Assembly: GCA_035541175.1 (NCBI GenBank)
Contig: DATKNT010000149.1
Location: forward strand, 1-48,564
Direction of reading: 5' to 3'
Source: Gaiellaceae bacterium
GTDB lineage: Bacteria; Actinomycetota; Thermoleophilia; Gaiellales; Gaiellaceae
DNA length: 48,564 bases
Part shown: in pieces, positions 1 through 7,875 of the stretch
How the letters are laid out: each line of letters begins with the position of its first letter
Numbering within the stretch: the stretch's first letter is position 1
Translations under genes and position numbers: made by a program
Notes under the pieces: generated by a model
What the model saw: only the letters and a program-made list of their open reading frames with translations
Told to the model about the DNA's origin: nothing
Databases searched by the model: none

Positions 1-1
1 C

Positions 2-106
2 GACGAGGACGGTGACGATCTGCTGCGCGAGGCGGACGACGCGCTCTACTACGCCAAGCGGTCAGGACGTGACCGGGTCGCATCTGCGGGCCGGCAGCCG
101 GGGTAA
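2..106 (+). CDS. C-terminal fragment of a GGDEF-domain diguanylate cyclase (5' end outside window)
   Basis: Frame-2 translation is DEDGDDLLREADDALYYAKRSGRDRVASAGRQPG*. The ADxALYxAKxxGR[DN]R tail is the characteristic end of GGDEF domains. TAA stop at 104-106. Confidence 0.7.
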   Translation, partial: DEDGDDLLREADDALYYAKRSGRDRVASAGRQPG

Positions 107-200
107 AGGGCGCAATCACTGCAACGGGGGACGTCCCTAAGCTACACGTGCTCGATCTGAGTGACGAGGGGCCAACTGCGGGAAGAGGAGCAACAAGGCG

Positions 201-674
201 ATGCTTTCTCATAACGACGGACACTCGTTTGCGGCCGGGGGGCCGCGGCCGCGTCTTGGTGACCTCCTGGTCGCCAAGGGAATGATCACCGAGGCGCAGC
301 TCAAGGAAGCACTCGCGCTCAGCTATGAGCGCGGCGAGCTGCTCGGCCGAGTGCTGCTCGGCAAGCGGTGGATCTTCGAGGACGAGCTGGCGAGAACGCT
401 GGCGCAGCAGCTCGATCTCCCGTACGTCAACCTCCGGCACACCGGCATCGATGTCGCCGTCGCACGCCTCGTTCCGAGCGCGACCGGTCGCCACGCGGGC
501 GCGATCCCCGTCGGCTTCCTGGGAGAACGGATCCGAGTCGCGTTCGCCGATCCGCTGGACGAGGCGGCGATCGCGGCGATCCGCGGGTATCTCCGGCAGT
601 TCGAATGCGTCGTGGCCGAACTGTCGGACATCGACCAGGCGTGGCGAAGGGTGGAATCTGGGGGCAGCCGCTGA
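201..674 (+). CDS. Stand-alone MshEN / T2SSE_N (GspE N-terminal) domain protein, predicted c-di-GMP receptor
   Basis: 157-aa ORF whose ATG is preceded by GGAAGAGGAG (181-190). RLGDLLVAKGMITEAQLKEALALS-YERGE-LLGRVLLGKRWIFEDELARTLAQQ fits the tandem 24-residue MshEN motif with a 5-residue spacer. The downstream LPYVNL...IPVGF...IRVAFADPLD is typical of T2SSE_N. Confidence 0.8.
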   Translation: MLSHNDGHSFAAGGPRPRLGDLLVAKGMITEAQLKEALALSYERGELLGRVLLGKRWIFEDELARTLAQQLDLPYVNLRHTGIDVAVARLVPSATGRHAGAIPVGFLGERIRVAFADPLDEAAIAAIRGYLRQFECVVAELSDIDQAWRRVESGGSR

Positions 675-828
675 CGGTCGAGTCTGCCCGGGCGATTCGC
701 TGAAGCGAGGGATCTTGCTCGTGCCGGGCCGATATGCCCTCTTCGGGGGAACGCGAGGCGGGGGCGGCGCTCCTAGAGTTGTGGGGTAGGCAGTTTCTGC
801 GGCCCGCACCGGGCGCGGTATCGAAAGG

Positions 829-1533
829 ATGGGAATGCGGCTTCCCGAAACGGCGCGCGGCGAGCACCGCGCGGGTTCACAGCGTTGCGTGGTCCTCGAC
901 CGCCAGCCCCTGTGGCTTGCGGCGGTCGGGGGAGTTCTCGAGCGTGCCGGCTTCGAGGTTGTCGGCACGACCTCGTCGGAGGCGAAGGCCCTACAACTGG
1001 TGCGAGAGCATCGAGTGGACGTCCTGATCTTCGAGCCCGAGGCCTGTAGCTCGGCGACGGATCGGTTCATCGCGGCGGGACGGTCGGCGCACCCGGGGCT
1101 GAAGGCGGTGGCGGTCTCGGCGGTCGAGGACCCGGAAGAGATCAGGGCGGTGCTCCGGGCGGGGGCGTGGGCGTACGTGTTGAAGCGCGCCCACCCGGAC
1201 GACATCGCAGTCGCCGTCCGGCAGACGTTCGCGCATTCGATCCATCTCGCTCCGACGCTCGATGGCGCCGCGTCGGCGCCGACGCAAGCGGGTGCCTCCG
1301 AGAGTTCGAGCCTTTCGCTGCTGACGCGTCGCGAGCGGGAGATCCTCGCCCTCGCCGCCGAGGGCCAGTCGAACTCGGCGATGGCGCGGCGGCTGTGGGT
1401 GACCGAGCAGACGGTGAAGTTCCACCTCTCAAACGTCTATCGCAAGGTCGGGGTGTCGAACCGGACGGCTGCGACACGCTGGGCTCACGAGCACGGGCTT
1501 GTCGGGGGACACTCGTCCGACGGTGTGCGGTGA
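829..1533 (+). CDS. LuxR/NarL-family response regulator with a degenerate receiver domain
   Basis: C-terminal LuxR HTH (LTRREREILALAAEGQSNSAMARRLWVTEQTVKFHLSNVYRKVGV). The N-terminal REC-like fold keeps the conserved Ser (AVSAV) and Lys (YVLK). It has VVLDRQP instead of DD and DVLIFEPE instead of the acceptor Asp. The AAAGGA at 824-829 favours the second ATG at 835 as the true start. Confidence 0.85.
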   Translation: MGMRLPETARGEHRAGSQRCVVLDRQPLWLAAVGGVLERAGFEVVGTTSSEAKALQLVREHRVDVLIFEPEACSSATDRFIAAGRSAHPGLKAVAVSAVEDPEEIRAVLRAGAWAYVLKRAHPDDIAVAVRQTFAHSIHLAPTLDGAASAPTQAGASESSSLSLLTRREREILALAAEGQSNSAMARRLWVTEQTVKFHLSNVYRKVGVSNRTAATRWAHEHGLVGGHSSDGVR

Positions 1534-1967
1534 CGGTTCGGGCCGACGCGATGGCACGCTCGGTGAACTCGAGCGCGATCGACTGGATGCGCTCACCATT
1601 GCCCGGGCCCAGCGCGCGTCTTGTGCTCTGCTGATCCGAATCGGAGGCGGGTGGAGGAGTGTTGCCCCGCCTGGCGGCGCCGAGGGCGGGCTGTCGGTTG
1701 GGCCGGAAGGGGCGGTCCCCGACTCTCGTAAGCGGTCTTACGGGAATAGGTCATGCTCGCGGCAACGGCCGCCAGGAGTTCTGACGATTCTGGCCGTTTG
1801 CCCAGGACCCCCGGCGATCGGGAGGCGTACTGTCGTCGTTGCATCGTCGCCCCCTTCCCCCGTGCGGCGATGCCCCCGGTGCTGTCGGCGCGCCCCCAGG
1901 GCGTGTAGGTGAGGGCGCGCCGCGCACCTGCTGCCGGCGGCGTTGCGGCGGACCGTGACTGAGCGCG

Positions 1968-2228
1968 TCAGCGCACGTCGTCGACGATGTGCGCGGCTGA
2001 CTCTGCGTGCGCTGCGTTCCAGGCCTGCAGCATCAGTTCGACGAGGAGGTCGGTTCGCTGGTCCTGCTCGTCGCGATTGGGTTGGATCTCGATCTCGTCG
2101 TTGTCGAGTCGACGGAGCGTGAGTTGCGGCACTGCGAGGAATCCGATGAACTCGGAAAGGCGCGAGGAATCGGAGAGCCGCACCCTCACATACTGGAGTG
2201 GACTCCAGGATCGCTGCCTTTCCAACAT
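1968..2228 (-). CDS. Small hypothetical protein resembling the N-terminal module of the 2356-3141 protein
   Basis: 86-aa ORF downstream of, and co-oriented with, the MshEN gene at 2356-3141. VRVRLSDSSRLSEFIGFL...LLVELMLQAWN parallels IRVSEPVRLRDYYRRLG...AIEYYLQSWS in that protein. No known family recognised. Confidence 0.4.
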   Translation of the reverse strand: MLERQRSWSPLQYVRVRLSDSSRLSEFIGFLAVPQLTLRRLDNDEIEIQPNRDEQDQRTDLLVELMLQAWNAAHAESAAHIVDDVR

Positions 2229-2355
2229 CCATCCGGCTGGTCCGGATCGAACCCAAGAGGCATGTCGGGCGCGTCAGGGTGGATCGTCTGGTGTGCGGCT
2301 TACGCGCGCTCTCGGGCCGCCGTTCGGGGCCTCGCCGCCGGCGCCCCGATCGCCT

Positions 2356-3141
2356 TCAGGTCCGGTTTCGCTGTGCGACGGTTCGCCAGGCCAATTCGAT
2401 GTCCGAGAGCTCGGCGACGACGCCTTCGTAGTTTGGGAATCGGGCGTGGACTGCCTCGTGGGCGCGTTGATCGCACGGGTCTGCGAATGCGACACGGATA
2501 CGGTCGCCGACGACGCCGATCGGGACAGCAGCGAACCGGAGGCCGGTCTCGGTCGGCATCATGCTCGCGACGGCGTAGTCCACTCCGGCGTTGCGGAGAT
2601 TGACGTACGGGATGTCGAGTTGTTCCGCGAGCGTTCGTGCGAGTTCGTCCTCGAAGATCCACCGTCGCCTGAGCAGAATCCGGCCGAGCAGGTCACCCTC
2701 GGCGCGGCTCTGCGAGAGGGCCTCGTCGAGCTGGTCGTCCGTGATCATTCCTTTGCCGAGCAGGAGATCGCCCAGCCGCAGCCGAGGAGCTGCCGATTCG
2801 CAGGCGACCGGGAGGCCGACGATGGGTGCCGGTGCGATCGTCGCCTCGATCTCGTTGATCGACGACCAGCTTTGCAGGTAGTACTCGATGGCGTACCGAT
2901 CGCCTTCGACCCGCACCCATTCTCCGTCGACGACCTCGGCCTCCGCTCCGAGGCGTCGGTAGTAGTCTCGGAGTCGTACAGGTTCGGAGACGCGAATCGC
3001 CACCCGGTCGCGCGTAGCCGCCGGCGGCGAGGCTGTCTCCCCCTGATCAAACACATTCCCTCCAATCGCCGCAGTCGAACCTCGCCACGAATCTGCGGCG
3101 CGTGAAAGCTGCCGCTTCCCCGTGTGCTTCCTTTCGAGCAA
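2356..3141 (-). CDS. Two-domain protein: unknown N-terminal module plus C-terminal MshEN/T2SSE_N domain (paralog of 201-674)
   Basis: The C-terminal 140 aa (RLGDLLLGKGMITDDQLDEALSQS-RAEGD-LLGRILLRRRWIFEDELARTLAEQ...IRVAFADPCD) are roughly 60% identical by eye to the 201-674 product. The start is a TTG at 3141 and is uncertain; an internal start is possible. Confidence 0.75.
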   Translation of the reverse strand: MLERKHTGKRQLSRAADSWRGSTAAIGGNVFDQGETASPPAATRDRVAIRVSEPVRLRDYYRRLGAEAEVVDGEWVRVEGDRYAIEYYLQSWSSINEIEATIAPAPIVGLPVACESAAPRLRLGDLLLGKGMITDDQLDEALSQSRAEGDLLGRILLRRRWIFEDELARTLAEQLDIPYVNLRNAGVDYAVASMMPTETGLRFAAVPIGVVGDRIRVAFADPCDQRAHEAVHARFPNYEGVVAELSDIELAWRTVAQRNRT

Positions 3142-3327
3142 TGAACATCGGGCGGCGCGGCGCTGTATCCCCCGGCCAGGGGATGCGTGCTTCGAACTGG
3201 TCTTCCGGCTAGCTCTCGGCGGTGGATCGGCGGGTAGGGGTTCGCCCCCACCGCAGAAGGTCGAGCCCCCAACCGAGGCCAGTCGGTCAGCGGAGTGCGT
3301 TTGAGCGCCGATGCCGGATCCGACCGT

Positions 3328-3804
3328 TCACGCGCCTTCGACTCGAGCCGCGCGACCCAGCATGCGTGTGATCGGACTCCGCCGCCGCTCGAGGATCGTC
3401 CGGTCTCGACGATCGCCGGCGGAGCCGATGTCGGCGGCCGCGCGCGGGGCAGACAAGCCTTCCTGTTGTGCGGCCATGCTGTCTGATGATTCGGTTTGGC
3501 CTGCTGCAAGCAGTGTGCGGGCGTATTCCGCAGCCTCTGCAAGGTAGCCGTCCTCGTCGGCGAACGCATCGATCGTCATGATCAGCGCTGACCGCGCGGC
3601 GGCGGAGAGGGTCGGCTCGGCTGCGGCGCGCTCGAGCTCGGCGATCCAGGACGCCTGATGGCCGGGCAAGGGAAGCCCGGCCGTGCGTTCACGGTTGCCA
3701 TGGGTGGTACCGGGGAGCGACGACAGGCGGGGAGCGCTCGAAACGGTGACGTCAGGTTCGCGAGCGTGGTGGTTCGGCGACGGTGCGTCTGCCGCAGGAG
3801 ACAC
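3328..3804 (-). CDS. Hypothetical protein (weak call)
   Basis: 158-aa ORF. Only the central stretch WIAELERAAAEPTLSAAARSALIMTIDAFADEDGYLAEAAEYARTLLAAGQ looks protein-like. No family recognised and no clear ribosome-binding site. Confidence 0.25.
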   Translation of the reverse strand: MSPAADAPSPNHHAREPDVTVSSAPRLSSLPGTTHGNRERTAGLPLPGHQASWIAELERAAAEPTLSAAARSALIMTIDAFADEDGYLAEAAEYARTLLAAGQTESSDSMAAQQEGLSAPRAAADIGSAGDRRDRTILERRRSPITRMLGRAARVEGA

Positions 3805-4129
3805 GGCCAGATCGTATCTCGGTGTGATACGTGCAGACCTCCCCCGGAGGAGGTACGTCCGTGCCCGCGGGGCGGTGATTCAGATGTCGGCGCACCGCAG
3901 CACCCGCGGCGTCAGCGCGGTGTGCCGACGGCGCTAGCTCTGTTGGATGACTGCGGTATGTCGGTTCGATCGGATGGTCTTGAAGGGGTGGCGGTCCTGC
4001 GCGGTTGGTGCCGCTCTTGGGTCCATTCGGGAAACGGCCGATATTGGGGAGGCCGCGGTCGGAGCTCCCTCGGGCGACCTGCGAGCCGTATGCAGGACGT
4101 CAGGGTTCTCCCGAACCACGTGCCGGCCA

Positions 4130-4155
4130 AAAGGGCGCTCTGACGGGCGCCCTTT
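4130..4155. terminator. Candidate bidirectional intrinsic terminator
   Basis: AAAGGGCGC (4130-4138), 8-nt loop, GCGCCCTTT (4147-4155). An A-tract lies 5' and a T-tract 3' on both strands. The minus-strand reading GGGCGC-loop-GCGCCC-TTTTGG is the better terminator. Confidence 0.4.
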
Positions 4156-4858
4156 GCCGTCTCCCGATTCCGCTTCTGAATAGTGGGGCGCGGTGCGCCA
4201 CAGGGGCGCACCGCAGGTGAAGCCGCCCGCGGCCTTGGGCGGCAGCTGCACGCTAATCCCGAGCAAAGTTTCGTGTAACTGGGCGGAGGGCTGGGATCGC
4301 AGATCAGTTCCTCTGACCCGGGAGTCGACGCGGCTGGACACGTGGAAAGGGCGTCTCGACGGGCGGAAAGGACGCGTGGAAAGGGTAGAGCCGGCCAATG
4401 TGGCTGCGGCTCCACACCGACCGGCTCATCGGAAGGAGACAAACGGGCTGCGGCCCACCGTTCCATCCCCTCCTGCAGTCGATCGTCGGCTGCCGCGGCC
4501 GGCGAGCAGAGCCTCATTCGAGTGAACCGGAGGCGTGAACCACCGACTCAGCGATGGATGAACCACTGGTCGGGCGGCGATGATCGAGGCAACGGGGGCC
4601 CCGATGCGGCGGGGGCTCGCGGAAGCAGGGCCGGTGCTCCCTGGTCTCGCGGCGGGTCAGGTCGAGCCCAAACGGTAGGGCGAGCCCATGCGGCGGGCTC
4701 GCCCGCGTGCTCGTGGACAACCTCGAGCGTCCGCAAGGCGGGTTGCATCCAGGGCGAGGTCGCTGGAGCGGGTTCGGCCTGTCCGAGAGCCGGCGCGCTG
4801 CGGTGGGGTAACTGCCGCACGTGTTGTCGGCCGCAGGTCCTACGATTGGCCGCAGGGG

Positions 4859-5245
4859 ATGAAGAGGAGCGAGCTCGGAACCGTGCTGATCGGGGTCGCG
4901 ATCGCCCTCGCGCTCGCGGCGGCGATCGGGATCTGGGCTCACGTCTTCGCCAGCAGCGACTACTCGAACGGCGCGAGCAACCTCCTCGGGATCATCGGCA
5001 CCGTGCCCCTGGTCGCGGCCCTCGCCGTCGCGGCCTGGGCGCGCTGGCACCGGACCTGCGCGGTTCCCTGGTGCCTCCGGCTCGGCGAGCACCCGGTCAA
5101 GGGGACGCTCCACAAGGTCTGCACCCACCACCACACCCGCGAGCACCACGAGCTCGTGTACGAGCTCCACCACGCCGAGCACGTCGCCTCCGGCCGCCTC
5201 GACTTCGGCCAGTCGCACGATCGCGGCGACCCGGCGCCGCGCTGA
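4859..5245 (+). CDS. Small two-TM membrane protein with a Cys/His-rich cytoplasmic tail
   Basis: In-frame ATG at 4859 inside track ORF 4688-5245. Two hydrophobic helices (LGTVLIGVAIALALAAAIGIW and GIIGTVPLVAALAVAAWA) are followed by CAVPWCLRLGEHPVKGTLHKVCTHHHTREHH. A hairpin follows the stop. Confidence 0.5.
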   Translation: MKRSELGTVLIGVAIALALAAAIGIWAHVFASSDYSNGASNLLGIIGTVPLVAALAVAAWARWHRTCAVPWCLRLGEHPVKGTLHKVCTHHHTREHHELVYELHHAEHVASGRLDFGQSHDRGDPAPR

Positions 5246-5343
5246 CGCCGCGCCCCGGCACGACCGGGCGCGGGTGCGTAAGCTGGAGCGGACGCTTGCG
5301 CACTTCACGAACACGCCCCGATCGGGAAGAATCGCGGAGGACG

Positions 5344-6930
5344 ATGCTCCGGGTGCGACTCGTCATTCCTCTCGTCGTGCTCGCCGCCCTCGCGGCTGCG
5401 GGGCCGGCGGCGGCGAAGACGGTCCCGAGCCAGCCGCCGTTCCGGGTGCTGATCTTCGACCAGCTCTCGCACAGCCAGTTCCACTACCTCGCGAAGCGCG
5501 GGGCCGCGGGCCTGCTCGTGCCGGGGGTCGGGCCGACGACGAACCGGCGCCAGGCGCTCGCCGAGATGCTGCGCGGGGCCGAGGTGAACGCGCGGCTCGG
5601 CGGCGTCCCGGCCGGGCCGCGGCTGATCACCGCGACGGCGGCGACCGGCTACCCGTCGGGGTGCTGCTACATCGTCGTCGTGCTCCCGCCGAGGAGCCAG
5701 CGGCCGGTGGCGAACGATCTCCGCTATCCGGTCGTCGTGATGGGACGGGGCTTCCACGGGCTGCTCGTCTCGCGCACGACGCGGATCCCGGGGCTCGTCT
5801 CGATCGTCGACATCGCGCCGACCGCGCTCGGGCGCGAGCGCGGGACGCTCTCGTCGCAGCCGAGCGCGAACGCGATCGCGGAGCTGACGAGCCTCGACCA
5901 CCAGATCCACGCGAACAACCGGCTGAAGCTCGCGGCGCTCCTGGTCGTCGCCGGCTTCGCGCTGTTCTTCCTCCTGCTGCGCTCGCGCGCGGCCGCGACC
6001 GCGATCCCGGCGGCGCTGCTGACGAGCCTCCTGCTCGGGGTGACGCAGGTGACGAACGAGGTCGTGATCATGGCCGTGCTCTCGCTCGGCACCTTCCTCG
6101 GCGGCCTGTGGCTCGCGCGTCTCTGCCGCAACGACCTGAGGCTGCTCGGGCTCTTCCTCGGCGTGCTCCTGCTGCATCTGCTGCTGCTGTCCGTGCGGCC
6201 GGAGTGGGTGGCGATCACGCCGCTCGGGCCGACGCAGAACTCGCGGTTCTGGGGCGTCGGCAACCAGCTCGAGACGCTGCTGCTCGCGCCGATGCTCGCG
6301 GGCGCGGCGCTCGCCCGCCGGCTGTTCGGGACGGCCGGATTCGCCGCATTCGCGGTGCTCACGCTCGTCACCGTCACCGGGAACCGGTTCGGCTCGGACG
6401 GCGGCGGCGCCATCGTGTTCGGCGTCGCGTTCGCCTTCCTCGGCGCGCGGCTGCTGCGCGTCGGGGTGCGCGGCTTCGTCACCATGCTGCTCGCGGCGGC
6501 GACGGCGGTGCTCGCGATCGTCTGGCTCGACCTCCGCTCGCCCGGGCCCGACCACCTGCGGAGCGCGTTCGGGCGCGGGCTCTCCGGACTCGCCGCGAGC
6601 CTGGGCAGCCGCGTGCCGCTCTCGTACGCGCCGGCGATCCATGACTGGACGCTCGTGCTGCCGCTCGCGATCTCGTTCCTCGTCACGCTCGCGATCGCGA
6701 TCAAGGTGACGCGGCCGCGCGTCGGCCGCGACATCACGCTCGCGCTCGGCGTCGCCGTGCCCGTGTCGCTGCTCGTCAACGACTCGGCGGCGTACGTCCT
6801 CGCCGGCGGCGTCGCCTGCGCCGCGGCGGTCGCGCGGTTCGCGCCGACGTATCAGCCGCTGTTCCGGCCGGTGCTCGCCTGGGCCCGGCCCGCACCGCAG
6901 CCGGTGGCGAACGAAGCCGCGCCCGAGTAG
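5344..6930 (+). CDS. Integral membrane protein: signal peptide, extracytoplasmic domain and about 8 TM helices; function unknown
   Basis: ATG at 5344 is preceded by GCGGAGGA. MLRVRLVIPLVVLAALAAAGPAAA is a signal peptide. GLVSIVDIAPTALG resembles the C-terminal motif of the alkaline-phosphatase/sulfatase superfamily. A long hydrophobic C-terminal half follows. The 1-kb N-terminal extension in the track ORF (4342) is R/P-rich junk. Confidence 0.75.
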   Translation: MLRVRLVIPLVVLAALAAAGPAAAKTVPSQPPFRVLIFDQLSHSQFHYLAKRGAAGLLVPGVGPTTNRRQALAEMLRGAEVNARLGGVPAGPRLITATAATGYPSGCCYIVVVLPPRSQRPVANDLRYPVVVMGRGFHGLLVSRTTRIPGLVSIVDIAPTALGRERGTLSSQPSANAIAELTSLDHQIHANNRLKLAALLVVAGFALFFLLLRSRAAATAIPAALLTSLLLGVTQVTNEVVIMAVLSLGTFLGGLWLARLCRNDLRLLGLFLGVLLLHLLLLSVRPEWVAITPLGPTQNSRFWGVGNQLETLLLAPMLAGAALARRLFGTAGFAAFAVLTLVTVTGNRFGSDGGGAIVFGVAFAFLGARLLRVGVRGFVTMLLAAATAVLAIVWLDLRSPGPDHLRSAFGRGLSGLAASLGSRVPLSYAPAIHDWTLVLPLAISFLVTLAIAIKVTRPRVGRDITLALGVAVPVSLLVNDSAAYVLAGGVACAAAVARFAPTYQPLFRPVLAWARPAPQPVANEAAPE

Positions 6931-6936
6931 GAACCG

Positions 6937-7062
6937 GTGCCGCGCTTCCTCTGCCGGGTGCTCGGGCATCGCCTCCCCCGGCGGCGGCGGCCGTTCTTCC
7001 TCACCGAGCGCTACCAGCGCTGCGAGCGCTGCGGCGAGCGGGTCCGCCTGCGCGACCGCTGA
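6937..7062 (+). CDS. Possible 41-aa zinc-ribbon-like mini-protein
   Basis: GTG 6937 to TGA 7060-7062 gives VPRFLCRVLGHRLPRRRRPFFLTERYQRCERCGERVRLRDR, a C-x4-H...C-x2-C pattern. It fills the gap between two genes. Too short for the ORF track. Confidence 0.3.
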   Translation: MPRFLCRVLGHRLPRRRRPFFLTERYQRCERCGERVRLRDR

Positions 7063-7068
7063 GGTCCG

Positions 7069-7875
7069 GTGACAGCGGCGCTGCTCGTCCTCCTCGGGAT
7101 CGCCGTCGGCGCGTTCGGGACGATCGTCGGCGCGGGCGGCGGCTTCATCCTCACGCCCGTCCTCCTGCTGCTCTACCCGCACGAGCCGGCGCGGACGATC
7201 ACGGCGATCAGCCTCACGGCGGTCTTCTTCAACGCCTCCTCGGGGACGATCGCGTACGCGCGGCAGCGGCGCACCGACTTCGCCAGCGGGATCGTCTTCG
7301 CGCTCGCGACGCTGCCGGGCGCGATCGGCGGCGCGCTCGTCACCGGCGCCGTCTCCCGCAACGTCTTCGACGCGATCATGGGGGCGATCCTCGCGGCGCT
7401 GGCCGTCTGGCTGCTCGCCGGCGAGCGCTGGATCCCCACGCCGCCGCAGCGGCATCTCCACCGCCGGCTGCTCGTCGACCGGCAGGGGCTCGTCTACGAG
7501 TACGACGTGCCGCTCCTGCGCGGGGCGCTCTACAGCCTCGTCGTCGGCTTCGTCTCGAGCTTCCTCGGGATCGGCGGCGGCGTCATCCACGTGCCCCTGC
7601 TCGTCCGCGCCCTCGGCTTCCCGACCCACATCGCGACGGCGACGTCGCACTTCGTGCTCGCCGTCATGTCCGGGGTCGGCGCGTTCACGCACGTCGTCTC
7701 CGGCAGCTTCGCCCACGGTCGCGACGTGCTTCGCGCCGCGTACATCTCCGCCGGCATCGTCGTCGGCGCGCAGATCGGCGCCCACGTGTCGCTGCGGCTG
7801 CACGGGAAGCTGATCGAGCGGCTGCTGGCGGCCTCGCTCCTCGTCCTCGCGGCGCGCCTGATCCTCGCTGCGTAG
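7069..7875 (+). CDS. TauE/SafE (TSUP) family anion exporter
   Basis: 268-aa polytopic protein. The N-terminal GAFGTIVGAGGGFILTPVLL and the repeated second-half motif FLGIGGGVIHVPLL are typical of the sulfite-exporter TauE/SafE family. Confidence 0.85.
   Translation: MTAALLVLLGIAVGAFGTIVGAGGGFILTPVLLLLYPHEPARTITAISLTAVFFNASSGTIAYARQRRTDFASGIVFALATLPGAIGGALVTGAVSRNVFDAIMGAILAALAVWLLAGERWIPTPPQRHLHRRLLVDRQGLVYEYDVPLLRGALYSLVVGFVSSFLGIGGGVIHVPLLVRALGFPTHIATATSHFVLAVMSGVGAFTHVVSGSFAHGRDVLRAAYISAGIVVGAQIGAHVSLRLHGKLIERLLAASLLVLAARLILAA

Noticed and set aside
1534-1967. Gap between the LuxR gene and the small ORF, with the 83-aa (-) and 137-aa (+) ORFs
   Set aside because: Neither ORF has protein-like composition or a ribosome-binding site. 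A protein-like minus-frame stretch (GNGERIQSIALEFTERAIASARTV) has no start codon. I saw no convincing RNA motif and leave the region unannotated.
3950-3980. GGTTCGAT, a tRNA T-loop-like string
   Set aside because: The flanking bases cannot form a T-stem and no acceptor or anticodon arms are present. It is not a tRNA or tmRNA.
3912-4517. 201-aa and 154-aa minus-strand ORFs and several 60-160-aa plus-strand ORFs inside the 3805-4858 gap
   Set aside because: Their composition (R/P/S/C-rich) is not protein-like and there is no ribosome-binding site. I treat the region as non-coding (see the finding at 3805-4858).
4600-4680. GGAAGCAGGG and TCAGGTC strings reminiscent of the SRP (4.5S) RNA helix-8 core
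   Set aside because: The order and spacing are wrong for SRP RNA (CAGGUCCGGAAGGAAGCAGC is not reconstructed). I also found no RNase P GAGGAAAGUCC motif or tmRNA ends.
4342-5343. 1-kb N-terminal extension of the 5344-6930 gene in the track ORF (862 aa). Similar long extensions occur in 7931, 8935, 13186, 14403, 15668, 17919, 19019, 21750, 25710 and 43737.
   Set aside because: The extensions are R/P/G-rich and overlap upstream genes. Internal starts with a Shine-Dalgarno sequence and/or ATGA/GTGA coupling give proteins of canonical length beginning at conserved N-termini.
5305-7803. 832-aa ORF on the minus strand spanning the membrane-protein and TauE genes
   Set aside because: Its translation is dominated by R/D/E/P/G/A runs, typical of off-frame reading of >70% GC DNA. 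It is fully antisense to ORFs with a signal peptide, TM architecture and TauE motifs.
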